In this document: one piece after another, positions 47,114 through 56,023 of the stretch
Numbering within the stretch: position 1 is the stretch's first letter
Layout: each line of letters begins with the position of its first letter
DNA from: Salinivirgaceae bacterium
Lineage (GTDB): Bacteria; Bacteroidota; Bacteroidia; Bacteroidales; SZUA-534
Direction: 5' to 3'
NCBI GenBank assembly: GCA_024405635.1
Contig: JAKSOL010000014.1
Span: 1 to 64,000 of the forward strand
DNA length: 64,000 bases
The notes under the pieces: generated by a model
What the model saw: only the letters and a program-made list of their open reading frames with translations
The model's database searches: none
Told to the model about the DNA's origin: nothing
Program-made: the position numbers and the translations under genes

Positions 47114-47755
47114 ATGCTTTGTAGATCGATTGCCGAAAAAGGCTACAACCGTGTTGCGGAGCTTATTGCCGATGCCGAAATGGCTGAAATCCGCATTGAA
47201 GAGTGTGAACTTTCTGTTGAAGAGGTTAGCAAGTTGTTTGCCTCGCATAAAAATCTTATTGCAACTTGCCGACCTAAAAATCTTTCGCCTGCTCAACAAA
47301 CCAAATTGCTTACAGCTGCCATTAATGCTGGAGCTGCTTGGGTTGATATTGAAATAGAGGCCGAAGCCGAATATCGAAACCATATGGTTGAAGTGGCTCG
47401 CGCTGCAGGTTGCAAGGTTATTATTTCGTATCACAACTATTCGCAAACTCCTGTGGTTTACGAACTTGTGAACATTGCAACAAATGCCAAACGCTTTGGT
47501 GCCGATTTGGTTAAAGTGGCAACTACCGTTAATAGTAAAATGGATATTTGTAACCTATTTAGTTTATACACACTCGATTACGACGTGTTAGCTATAGGAA
47601 TGGGCAAGTTGGGTATGATTACTCGCATTGCTGCTTTAACAATGGGTTCGCCTTTTACTTTTGTATCGATGAACGATGTTGCAGCAACCGCTCCAGGTCA
47701 AATCGACGAAAAGTCAATGCAAGGAATTGTAAAAACCTTACAATTAAACGATTAA
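47114..47755 (+). CDS. aroD: Type I 3-dehydroquinate dehydratase
   Basis: EIRI, IATCR, DIE, ISYHNY, Schiff-base Lys in DLVKVA, GMG..G..TR and APGQI motifs. Confidence 0.9.
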   Translation: MLCRSIAEKGYNRVAELIADAEMAEIRIEECELSVEEVSKLFASHKNLIATCRPKNLSPAQQTKLLTAAINAGAAWVDIEIEAEAEYRNHMVEVARAAGCKVIISYHNYSQTPVVYELVNIATNAKRFGADLVKVATTVNSKMDICNLFSLYTLDYDVLAIGMGKLGMITRIAALTMGSPFTFVSMNDVAATAPGQIDEKSMQGIVKTLQLND

Positions 47756-47759
47756 ACTG

Positions 47760-49019
47760 ATGAATCTTTCTGTAAAAGCATCAACAATAAGCGGAACAGT
47801 AGTAGCTCCGCCTTCAAAAAGTTACATGCAGCGAGCCATTGCTTTGGCGGCTCTTTCAAAACAACCAACTACAATCAGTAACATTTCCGATTGTGCCGAT
47901 TGCCGCGCAGCTATTGGCATTGCACGCAATTTAGGATGCTCGGTGGTTGAGGGCGAAAATCAAATTGTAGTTACACCTCCATCATCGGGATTAAAAGCCC
48001 AAACATTGCATTGCGGCGAGGCAGGTTTGAGTTTGCGCATGTTTTCGCCAATTGCGGCATTGCAAAGTCAAAAAGTAACAATGACAGGTCAAGGTTCGTT
48101 GCTTGTTCGTCCTGTGGGCTTTATGGAAAGCACTTTGCGCCAGCTTGGAGTTGATGTGCAGTCAAACGACGGTAAATTGCCTTTGGAACTTCAAGGTCCA
48201 ATTAATGGGGGCGTGGCCGAGGTCGATGGCTCTGTGAGCTCACAATTCCTCACTGGCTTGTTAATAGCACTGCCGCTTGCTGCTAATAAATCGCAATTAA
48301 AAGTTGACCGACTTACAAGCCGACCATACATCGATATGACATTGCAAATTATTGAAGAGTTTGGCGGAAAAGTAAAAAACGACAATTACGAATTATTCTC
48401 TATTGATGGCAATCAACAATACAACCGCGCAAATTACTGTGTTGAAGGCGATTGGAGTGGGGCAGCTGGTTTGCTAATTGCAGCTTCAATTGCCGGCCCA
48501 GCAACCGTTGCAGGCCTAAATGAAAAGTCGGCCCAAGCTGATGCGGCAATTATGCAAGTTCTGAAACTATCAGGAACTAATTGTCAGTTTGATGGCGATA
48601 AAGTATTGGTAAATAAAAACATGCAACATAAAGCATTCAACTTTGATGCAACCAATTGTCCCGATTTGTTCCCAGTTATGGCAGCATTGGCGGCTCATGC
48701 CAACGGCGTGTCAAGCATAAAAGGTGTTGGCCGATTGACCCACAAAGAGAGCAACCGAGCACTAGCCATTCAAACCGAATTTGGCAAACTAGGCATTCAA
48801 ATTGATCTTGATGGCGATGTGATGCACATTCATGGCGGCAAGGTAAAAGGAGCAACTGTTAGTGCATGTAACGACCATCGCATGGCAATGGCGTTGGCAT
48901 TGTGCGCTTTGCAAGCCGATGGCGAGGTTCGCATCGAAGGAACTGAGTGTGTTGCAAAATCGTATCCCGAATTTTTTGACGATATGCAAAAATGGGGGTT
49001 GCAAGTATCTGAATTTTAA
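47760..49019 (+). CDS. aroA: 3-phosphoshikimate 1-carboxyvinyltransferase (EPSP synthase)
   Basis: PPSKS, GEAGLSLR, SSQF, KESNR, DHRMAM and KSYP motifs. Confidence 0.96.
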   Translation: MNLSVKASTISGTVVAPPSKSYMQRAIALAALSKQPTTISNISDCADCRAAIGIARNLGCSVVEGENQIVVTPPSSGLKAQTLHCGEAGLSLRMFSPIAALQSQKVTMTGQGSLLVRPVGFMESTLRQLGVDVQSNDGKLPLELQGPINGGVAEVDGSVSSQFLTGLLIALPLAANKSQLKVDRLTSRPYIDMTLQIIEEFGGKVKNDNYELFSIDGNQQYNRANYCVEGDWSGAAGLLIAASIAGPATVAGLNEKSAQADAAIMQVLKLSGTNCQFDGDKVLVNKNMQHKAFNFDATNCPDLFPVMAALAAHANGVSSIKGVGRLTHKESNRALAIQTEFGKLGIQIDLDGDVMHIHGGKVKGATVSACNDHRMAMALALCALQADGEVRIEGTECVAKSYPEFFDDMQKWGLQVSEF

Positions 49020-49033
49020 TCCTTTATAATAAT

Positions 49034-50038
49034 ATGAATACGTTAGGAAGATTTTTTAAGGTGTCAGTGTTTGGCGAATCGCATGGAGTAGGCCTTGGTG
49101 CCGTAATTGACGGTTGTCCTGCTGGTTTACCATTGTGCGACGATGATTTTGTTGCCGATTTGGCTCGTCGCAAAAGTGGCGCAAAAGGCACAACACCTCG
49201 CATTGAGAGCGACAAACCCGAAATCTTGTCGGGAGTATTTAACGGTTTCACCACAGGAACTCCAATTTCAATCATCTTCCGTAACGAAAATACACGCTCG
49301 GGCGATTATTCAAACCTTGTTGATCAACCACGCCCCAGCCATGCAGATTTTACAGGTCGAATTAAATACAACGGATACAACGATTACCGAGGTGGTGGCC
49401 ATTTTTCAGCTCGATTGACTGTTGCAGTTGTTGCAGCAGGAGTGGTGGCTAAAAAACTATTGTCGCAATTTGGTATTGAGGTTGTGTCAAATATTCTTGA
49501 AGTTGGAGGTAATACAAATATTGAAGAAACTGTAAACAAGGCAGTTGAGGCGCACGATTCAGTTGGAGCGCTAGTCGATTGCAAAGTTACAGGTTTGCCT
49601 GTTGGTTTGGGCGAACCATTTTGGGACTCGGCCGAATCGCTAATTAGCCATGCTGCTTTTGCCATTCCTGCTGTAAAAGGCATTGAGTTTGGTTGCGGTT
49701 TCGCAGCAGCCAACATGACAGGTTCTGCGCATAACGATGTTCTTGTTGATGCTGAGGGACACACAGCTACTAACAATGCAGGTGGAATAAATGGTGGAAT
49801 AACAAACGGAAACGACTTGTATTTCCGTATTGCGGTAAAGCCTACTGCTAGCATTTCACTTGAACAACAAACCTACAACTTTAAAACAAAGCAAGTTGAA
49901 ACCTTGCAAGTGCGCGGGCGTCATGATGCGTGTGTAGCATTGCGTGTACCACCAATTCTTGAGGCAACAACAGCAATGGTTCTTGCTGACCTTATGCTAC
50001 TACAAAAAGGCAGAGAGGTGATGCAGTTTACATTATAA
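49034..50038 (+). CDS. aroC: Chorismate synthase
   Basis: FGESHG, RPSHAD, GGGHFSAR, GGINGGITNG and GRHD motifs. Confidence 0.97.
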   Translation: MNTLGRFFKVSVFGESHGVGLGAVIDGCPAGLPLCDDDFVADLARRKSGAKGTTPRIESDKPEILSGVFNGFTTGTPISIIFRNENTRSGDYSNLVDQPRPSHADFTGRIKYNGYNDYRGGGHFSARLTVAVVAAGVVAKKLLSQFGIEVVSNILEVGGNTNIEETVNKAVEAHDSVGALVDCKVTGLPVGLGEPFWDSAESLISHAAFAIPAVKGIEFGCGFAAANMTGSAHNDVLVDAEGHTATNNAGGINGGITNGNDLYFRIAVKPTASISLEQQTYNFKTKQVETLQVRGRHDACVALRVPPILEATTAMVLADLMLLQKGREVMQFTL

Positions 50039-50044
50039 TTGATA

Positions 50045-50088
50045 AAAAACGCTTGTAAGTTGTGCATTAGCAATTTACAAGCGTTTTT
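50045..50088. terminator. Terminator hairpin after aroC
   Basis: AAAAACGCTTGTAAGTTG...CAATTTACAAGCGTTTTT. Confidence 0.8.
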
Positions 50089-50095
50089 ATAATTA

Positions 50096-50133
50096 ATAGG
50101 CCGATAGATATTTCAATATTTATCGGCCTTTAT
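50096..50133. terminator. Second hairpin, probably terminating the convergent ATPase gene
   Basis: AGGCCGATAGATAT-loop-ATATTTATCGGCCT. Confidence 0.6.
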
Positions 50134-50134
50134 T

Positions 50135-50836
50135 TTATTCTTCAATTTGTTGTAATTCGTTGCTCGATAACTCAATAAGCATTGAATTTTCGCATTTTAT
50201 GATGCGACCAGGAAACTCGCGCAACAAAGCGTAGTCGTGAGTTGCAATAAGCACAGCGCGTCCGTTTCGGCTAATTTCAGAAAGGATAGACATAATGCCT
50301 TTTGATGTTTCGGGGTCAAGGTTGCCAGTTGGCTCGTCGGCCAAAATTATTTCAGGTTCGTTAAGCAAAGCGCGCGCAATAACCACACGTTGTTGCTCGC
50401 CACCCGAAAGTTCGTTAGGCATTTTGTAGTCTTTGTGCGAAAGGCCAACCTTGTCTAAAACCTCGTGAATTCGGCGCTCAATTTCAGTTTTGCTTTTCCA
50501 TCCCGTAGCTTTTAATACAAATTCAAGGTTTTTGAAAACAGTACGATCTGTTAATAGTTGAAAATCTTGAAACACAATACCTAATTTGCGACGCAAGTAG
50601 GGTATTTGTCGAGTTTTTAGTCCATTGAGCAAAAAACCAGCAACTGTTCCTGTTCCTTTTGAGAGAGGGAGCTCGGCATAAAAAGTTTTAAGCAGACTAC
50701 TTTTACCGCTACCAGTACGGCCAATTAGGTACACAAGTTCACCTTTTTGGATGTCAAGATTTGCATTGGTGATTATTGTGTTGTCGGGGTGCGCAATGGT
50801 TGCGTTTTCAAGTTTTATAATTGTGTCAAGCGCCAT
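50135..50836 (-). CDS. ftsE: FtsE-like ABC ATP-binding protein
   Basis: [31 protein letters not shown] and ADEPTGNLD motifs. No ftsX adjacent. Confidence 0.75.
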   Translation of the reverse strand: MALDTIIKLENATIAHPDNTIITNANLDIQKGELVYLIGRTGSGKSSLLKTFYAELPLSKGTGTVAGFLLNGLKTRQIPYLRRKLGIVFQDFQLLTDRTVFKNLEFVLKATGWKSKTEIERRIHEVLDKVGLSHKDYKMPNELSGGEQQRVVIARALLNEPEIILADEPTGNLDPETSKGIMSILSEISRNGRAVLIATHDYALLREFPGRIIKCENSMLIELSSNELQQIEE

Positions 50837-51000
50837 TTTTTCTACAAATTTTTAACTATTCAAAAGTATTGCAAATAGTAAAGTTGCAAGTTGAGCCAAC
50901 ATGCATTTAATTAACACTTTGTTGTTTATTAAATGGACTTTTGCGGTCAGTTGTTAAGTACAAAACTTACTACTTTTACGCTGTTTTGTTATATACCAAA

Positions 51001-54000
51001 ATGATGCGTAAAAAATTAAGAATCAGTTGTTTAGCGGTGCTTTTGTCTGCTTGTTCAGTGCAAATGTTGGCGCAGAATTCAATGATAAATCACGACGAGG
51101 ATTATGAGTACCGAATAGGGGTGGATTTGTTCTCAAAGCAGAAGTATTCGCAGGCTCAATATTATTTTGAACGTGTGGTTGCTCACTATGGCGATGCTTT
51201 TTCCGATATTAAAGCAGATGCTCAATATTATGCAGCTCTTTGTGCGTTGGAATTGTTTAATAACGATGCCGAATATCGTATTCACGATTTTATTGAGCGA
51301 TATCCCGAAAGCCCACGTACTCGTGTTGCTTATTTCGAAATGGGCCGATATCAGTATAGAGTACAACGCTATCAGGAAGCCGTTGATTATTTTGATAAGG
51401 TTTGGAAACAAAACCTAAATCAAGATCAACTTTGTGAACTCTATTTCAAAAAAGGTTACAGTTATTTTAAACTTGAACAATATGATAAGGCATCGAAAAT
51501 GTTCTATGAGTTGCTAAACAAAGAGAGCATTTACACCGCGCCAGCTACATATTACTATGCGCACATTGCGTACATGAACAAGAACTACGAGACTGCGCTT
51601 AACAACCTTAAGAAGTTGGAAGACGACCAAACGTTCTCGCCACTTGTACCATACTATCGTGCTCAAATCTATTTCATTCAAGGCAAAGACGACCAAGTGA
51701 TAAAACTTGGTAAAGAGATACTTGAAATGGGCGAGGGCAAACGTCAAGCCGAAATGTCGCGTATTGTTGGCGAGGCTTTGTATAACAAGGAGTTGTATGC
51801 CGAGGCATTGCCCTACATGGAAACATATAAAGAAAAAGCTGAAACATATACACGCGAAGACATTTACCAACTGGGTTACGTTTACTATCAAACTGCTGAT
51901 TATGAAAAAGTTGTGAGCACAATGAGCAATGTTACCAATGTTGATGATGCTTTGTCGCAAAATGCTTTTTTCCACATTGCACAGTCGTATATGCAATTGG
52001 GAAACAAAGAGTCAGCAATGAAAGGTTTTGAATCGGCTGCTAAGTATAAATACAACGATAAAATTCGCGAGCAATCGTTGCTAAACTATGCAAAACTATC
52101 GTATGAATTGTCGTATTCGCCTTTCAATCAAACTATTAAGGCGTTTAATCAATATCTTGAATTGTATCCAAATTCAATTCATCACGACGATGCTTATGAG
52201 TATTTGACAAAGGTTTATCTGAGTTCTAAAAACTACGAGGCAGCTTTGCAATCGCTTAATAACATTAAAAATAAAACACCCGAAATGCAGGCAGCTTGGC
52301 AACGTGTGGCATACTTCCGCGGTTTGGAGCTGTTCAATAACTTGCGTTTCGAAGAGTCGATTGAGGCCTTTGATCGTGCCATTGAACTTAAATCGTTTGA
52401 TCGAAAAATACGCGCATACTCGCAATATTGGAAAGGCGAGGCTCTTTATCGTCTTGAGCGTTATGCTGAAGCCATTGAAGCTTACAATGGATTCCTTGTA
52501 ACACCAGGAGCATATTCAATGCCCGAATACAACACTTGCTACTACAACATGGGCTACTGCTACTTTAAGCAGCATAACTATGCAACAGCTTCAGATTGGT
52601 TCCGTAAGTTTGTTGATAAGTCAAACGATGTGCAAAAGCTAAAACTAGCCGATGGCTACATTCGCATGGCCGATTGCATGTTTATGACCTCAAACTATGT
52701 TGAGGCTGTTAAGTATTACGACAATGCCGTTAAACTTGACACTTTTGACGTTGAGTACGCTCTGTTTCAAAAAGGTTTTTCAATGGGATTGAGTAAAAAC
52801 CAACTGGGAAAAATTGAGGCGTTGTCAAAATTACTAGCAACTAATCCAAACTCAACCTATGCAGCCGATGCTTTGTTTGAGCGTGGTCGCAGTTACATGA
52901 TTATCGATTCGGCTGACTTTGCAATCAAAGACTTTGACAACATTGTTGACAACTACTCAAATAGTTCGTATGTAATTAAATCGATGTTGCAACTAGGTTT
53001 GATTCATTATGCCGAAGGTCGCAACCAAAATGCAATTGAGTACTTCAAAGCCGTAATTGATAAATATCCTGGAACTTCAGAGTCGCGCGAGGCAATGTCG
53101 TCGCTCAAAAACATATACGTTGATATGAATCAGGTTGACGACTATTTTGCTTATGCGCAAGGTCGTGCCGGCGGTGCCGATGTTAATATGGAAGAACGAG
53201 ACTCGTTGGTTTATATGTCGGCCGAAAAAGTGTATATGTCAGGCAACTGGGAGCGTGCCAACGATTTGTTTACCAAGTATTTGACCGAATATCCAACCGG
53301 AAAATTTACATTAAATGCGCATTTCTATCGTGGCGACTGCGCTTTCAAACAAGAGCAAGACAGTTTGGCTAAACAAGATTTCTTGTATGTGGTTGAAAAA
53401 CCTAAAAACATCTTCTCTGAAGCCGCATTGTTAAGTGCAGCAACATTGGCCGAAAAACAAAAAGATTACAAACAAGCATATAGTTTGTACGAAAAGTTGA
53501 AAGACAATGCTGAAATTAAATCAAACTTAATTGTGGCTCGCGAGGGTATGATGGACATGGCCTATGCCGATAGCAACTTTAATAACGCTGTAGAAGCTGG
53601 CCGAGAGGTTATTATGACCGACAAAGTTACAGAAGAGCAAGTGCGTAAAGCTCGTCGCATAATGGCTATCAGTTATAAGAAAATGAATCAACTTGACCCC
53701 GCACGAACCCAATTTGCAGTTTTGGCAACCGATATGAATAGTTTTGAAGGTGCTGAGGCACAATACTGCATTGCACAAATGCAATTTGAACAACAAGACT
53801 TTGAGTCGGCTGAAAAAGAGGCAAATGAACTTATTATGTCTGGTACACCACATTTGTATTGGGTGGCTAAGGCATTCTTTATGTTGGCCGACATTTGCGC
53901 CAATAGAGGTGATAATTTTCAAGCTAAAGCCAACTTGCAAAGTGTGATTGACAACTACGACGATCAGTCGGACGGAATACTTGACGAGGCTAACGAAAAA

Positions 54001-54093
54001 TTGAAATCGATTGTTGATAAAGAAAATGTTCAGTTTGGACAATCTCAATCGCAAGAAACAGAAGTAGTTGCACCAGTTTCAAATGAAGAGTAA
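51001..54093 (+). CDS. Large exported tetratricopeptide-repeat protein
   Basis: Signal peptide followed by many TPR units across about 1000 aa. Start set at ATG 51001. Confidence 0.88.
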   Translation: MMRKKLRISCLAVLLSACSVQMLAQNSMINHDEDYEYRIGVDLFSKQKYSQAQYYFERVVAHYGDAFSDIKADAQYYAALCALELFNNDAEYRIHDFIERYPESPRTRVAYFEMGRYQYRVQRYQEAVDYFDKVWKQNLNQDQLCELYFKKGYSYFKLEQYDKASKMFYELLNKESIYTAPATYYYAHIAYMNKNYETALNNLKKLEDDQTFSPLVPYYRAQIYFIQGKDDQVIKLGKEILEMGEGKRQAEMSRIVGEALYNKELYAEALPYMETYKEKAETYTREDIYQLGYVYYQTADYEKVVSTMSNVTNVDDALSQNAFFHIAQSYMQLGNKESAMKGFESAAKYKYNDKIREQSLLNYAKLSYELSYSPFNQTIKAFNQYLELYPNSIHHDDAYEYLTKVYLSSKNYEAALQSLNNIKNKTPEMQAAWQRVAYFRGLELFNNLRFEESIEAFDRAIELKSFDRKIRAYSQYWKGEALYRLERYAEAIEAYNGFLVTPGAYSMPEYNTCYYNMGYCYFKQHNYATASDWFRKFVDKSNDVQKLKLADGYIRMADCMFMTSNYVEAVKYYDNAVKLDTFDVEYALFQKGFSMGLSKNQLGKIEALSKLLATNPNSTYAADALFERGRSYMIIDSADFAIKDFDNIVDNYSNSSYVIKSMLQLGLIHYAEGRNQNAIEYFKAVIDKYPGTSESREAMSSLKNIYVDMNQVDDYFAYAQGRAGGADVNMEERDSLVYMSAEKVYMSGNWERANDLFTKYLTEYPTGKFTLNAHFYRGDCAFKQEQDSLAKQDFLYVVEKPKNIFSEAALLSAATLAEKQKDYKQAYSLYEKLKDNAEIKSNLIVAREGMMDMAYADSNFNNAVEAGREVIMTDKVTEEQVRKARRIMAISYKKMNQLDPARTQFAVLATDMNSFEGAEAQYCIAQMQFEQQDFESAEKEANELIMSGTPHLYWVAKAFFMLADICANRGDNFQAKANLQSVIDNYDDQSDGILDEANEKLKSIVDKENVQFGQSQSQETEVVAPVSNEE

Positions 54094-54094
54094 C

Positions 54095-55762
54095 ATGAAA
54101 AAGATTTTTTTGCCAGTTATACTGATTGCGGCAGTTGCAACCGCATCGGCCCAAAATAACTTGAATCAAGAGGTTCAGGTTGTAAAACCATACGAACCAG
54201 TTATCAACGATGCTTTTAAGGTAAGCGAGTTGCCTAAAATAGTTGATACATTTAAAGTTGTGCCACAATTTGAATACGATACAGAAACTTCAATGTATCC
54301 AACCAAATACTCGCCAAAGCCAATTAAACCAGCCAAGCTGATAGCAGAGCCTTTGCCAATGCTGCATAACGTGTACATTAAAGGCGGTTTTGGTTCATAC
54401 ATGACCCCAATGCTTAATGTTTATGTAGGCTCGCAACGCAAAGAAAAATGGATTTTAAGCGCATCGTCGCGCTATAACTCTAGCAATGCAAAAATCAAAA
54501 ACGAAGACAAAAACAAAGTATATGCTGGAGTTTCTCATTTCGATCTTGATGCACAAGCGCGTTACTTGTCTAAAAATAGCAAAGCTGCAACAATTTATGG
54601 TCGCTATGGTAACCAACAAAACTACTATTACGGCTACAATCAAGATTTGAATTTGCCAGATTCGCTGATCCCAATGAAACGCAAAGATGTTGAAAAACAG
54701 ACAGTTAATTACTATGCTGGAGGGGCAACACTTGAAACAAATAATCTCGATTCTAGTTTGTTGTCGTACAAATTAGGCTTGGGAGTTGATGGAATAAAAG
54801 CGCTACACGGAATTGGTCAAGACAATTTGCAAGCAACTGCCTTTTTGAGCTATTTGTTTGAAAATGAGTTTCTTGGCGTTGATATTGATATTGATTACCA
54901 CAAAACACACGGCATAACCGATTCGCTAAACTCTATGGTTGTAAACTTTAATCCATGGGTAGGAGCTTATGGCAGAAAATGGCGCGTGGCTATTGGTGTA
55001 AACACCATTTTTGACCAAGAAGAATCGGGCTATAAATTCTATCCCGACATTCAGGCTCAATACAACATCATCGACTATTTCTTGATGCCATACGTTGAAC
55101 TTAACGGAACATACAAAGTGAATACCTTTCAAGACATTTATATGGAAAATCCGTTTGTTCAAACAAACATGCGAGTTAAACCAACCGATACTCGTTTGAA
55201 TTTGGTTGTGGGTTTTCGCGGAAATGTTAGTTCAAAAGTTGCATTTAACATCAAAGGAGAACTTACAAACGTATCGAACCAATACTTTTATGTGAACGAC
55301 ACTAGTTTGCTGCTTCAGAACAAGTTTGTTGTGGTTTATGACGACATGACTCGAACAAAAATTATGGGCGAATTGTCATACAAAACCAGCGACAAGTTCA
55401 AAATAGGAATGAAAGCAAGTTATATGACATATAGTCTTGATAATGAAGAAAAAGCATGGCACATGCCAAACGTTGATGTGAGCCTAGATGCATCGTATAA
55501 CTTAGGCGATAAAATAATTGCAACCACCAACATTTATTACCTAGGCAAGCGCTACGCAAAAACATTTGACGAGGCAGGGGAAGTAGTAGCAAAAGAGTTG
55601 GGCGATATTGTTGATTTGAATCTTGGTCTTGAGTACCGAGTTTCGAAACGATTATCGGCTTTTGTTGATTTAAAAAACCTTTGTGGTTCTCGTTACTACC
55701 AATGGAACAATTATCAGTCGCATCGCTTTAACTTAATGGCAGGCTTGACATTCGCATTTTAG
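54095..55762 (+). CDS. Outer-membrane beta-barrel protein (TonB-receptor-like, lacking a canonical plug)
   Basis: Signal peptide, EVQVVKPYEP, amphipathic strands, NL..YYQWNNY and terminal Phe. Start set at ATG 54095. Confidence 0.8.
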   Translation: MKKIFLPVILIAAVATASAQNNLNQEVQVVKPYEPVINDAFKVSELPKIVDTFKVVPQFEYDTETSMYPTKYSPKPIKPAKLIAEPLPMLHNVYIKGGFGSYMTPMLNVYVGSQRKEKWILSASSRYNSSNAKIKNEDKNKVYAGVSHFDLDAQARYLSKNSKAATIYGRYGNQQNYYYGYNQDLNLPDSLIPMKRKDVEKQTVNYYAGGATLETNNLDSSLLSYKLGLGVDGIKALHGIGQDNLQATAFLSYLFENEFLGVDIDIDYHKTHGITDSLNSMVVNFNPWVGAYGRKWRVAIGVNTIFDQEESGYKFYPDIQAQYNIIDYFLMPYVELNGTYKVNTFQDIYMENPFVQTNMRVKPTDTRLNLVVGFRGNVSSKVAFNIKGELTNVSNQYFYVNDTSLLLQNKFVVVYDDMTRTKIMGELSYKTSDKFKIGMKASYMTYSLDNEEKAWHMPNVDVSLDASYNLGDKIIATTNIYYLGKRYAKTFDEAGEVVAKELGDIVDLNLGLEYRVSKRLSAFVDLKNLCGSRYYQWNNYQSHRFNLMAGLTFAF

Positions 55763-55786
55763 TGCATTTTATATTTAAAAGTTTGA

Positions 55787-55822
55787 AAATCTGAGATTTG
55801 AATATAAGTCTCAGATTTTTTT
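55787..55822 (+). terminator. Intrinsic terminator after the barrel gene
   Basis: AAAATCTGAGATTT-loop-AAGTCTCAGATTTTTTT. Confidence 0.75.
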
Positions 55823-56023
55823 TGTTTTTCAAAATTTGAATTGTTCAGGTTTTGAGTTAAAGAGGCGGAAAACCGACTCAAAAGCCGCGTAAATGTTAGT
55901 AATTTGTTTAATTCTAACCGCCAGCCAATCTTATTCACAAGGGCGTTTTTGCTATATTTGTTTGTTTTAGTAAAAAGCGTAAAAACGCTGTTAATCAATT
56001 GAAATATAGTTATTTATAAAGAT

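Noticed and set aside
55759-55998. 79-aa minus-strand ORF upstream of gyrB (and 58347..58547 upstream of dnaA)
   Set aside because: AT-rich intergenic ORFs overlapping terminator or promoter sequence, with no protein-like features.
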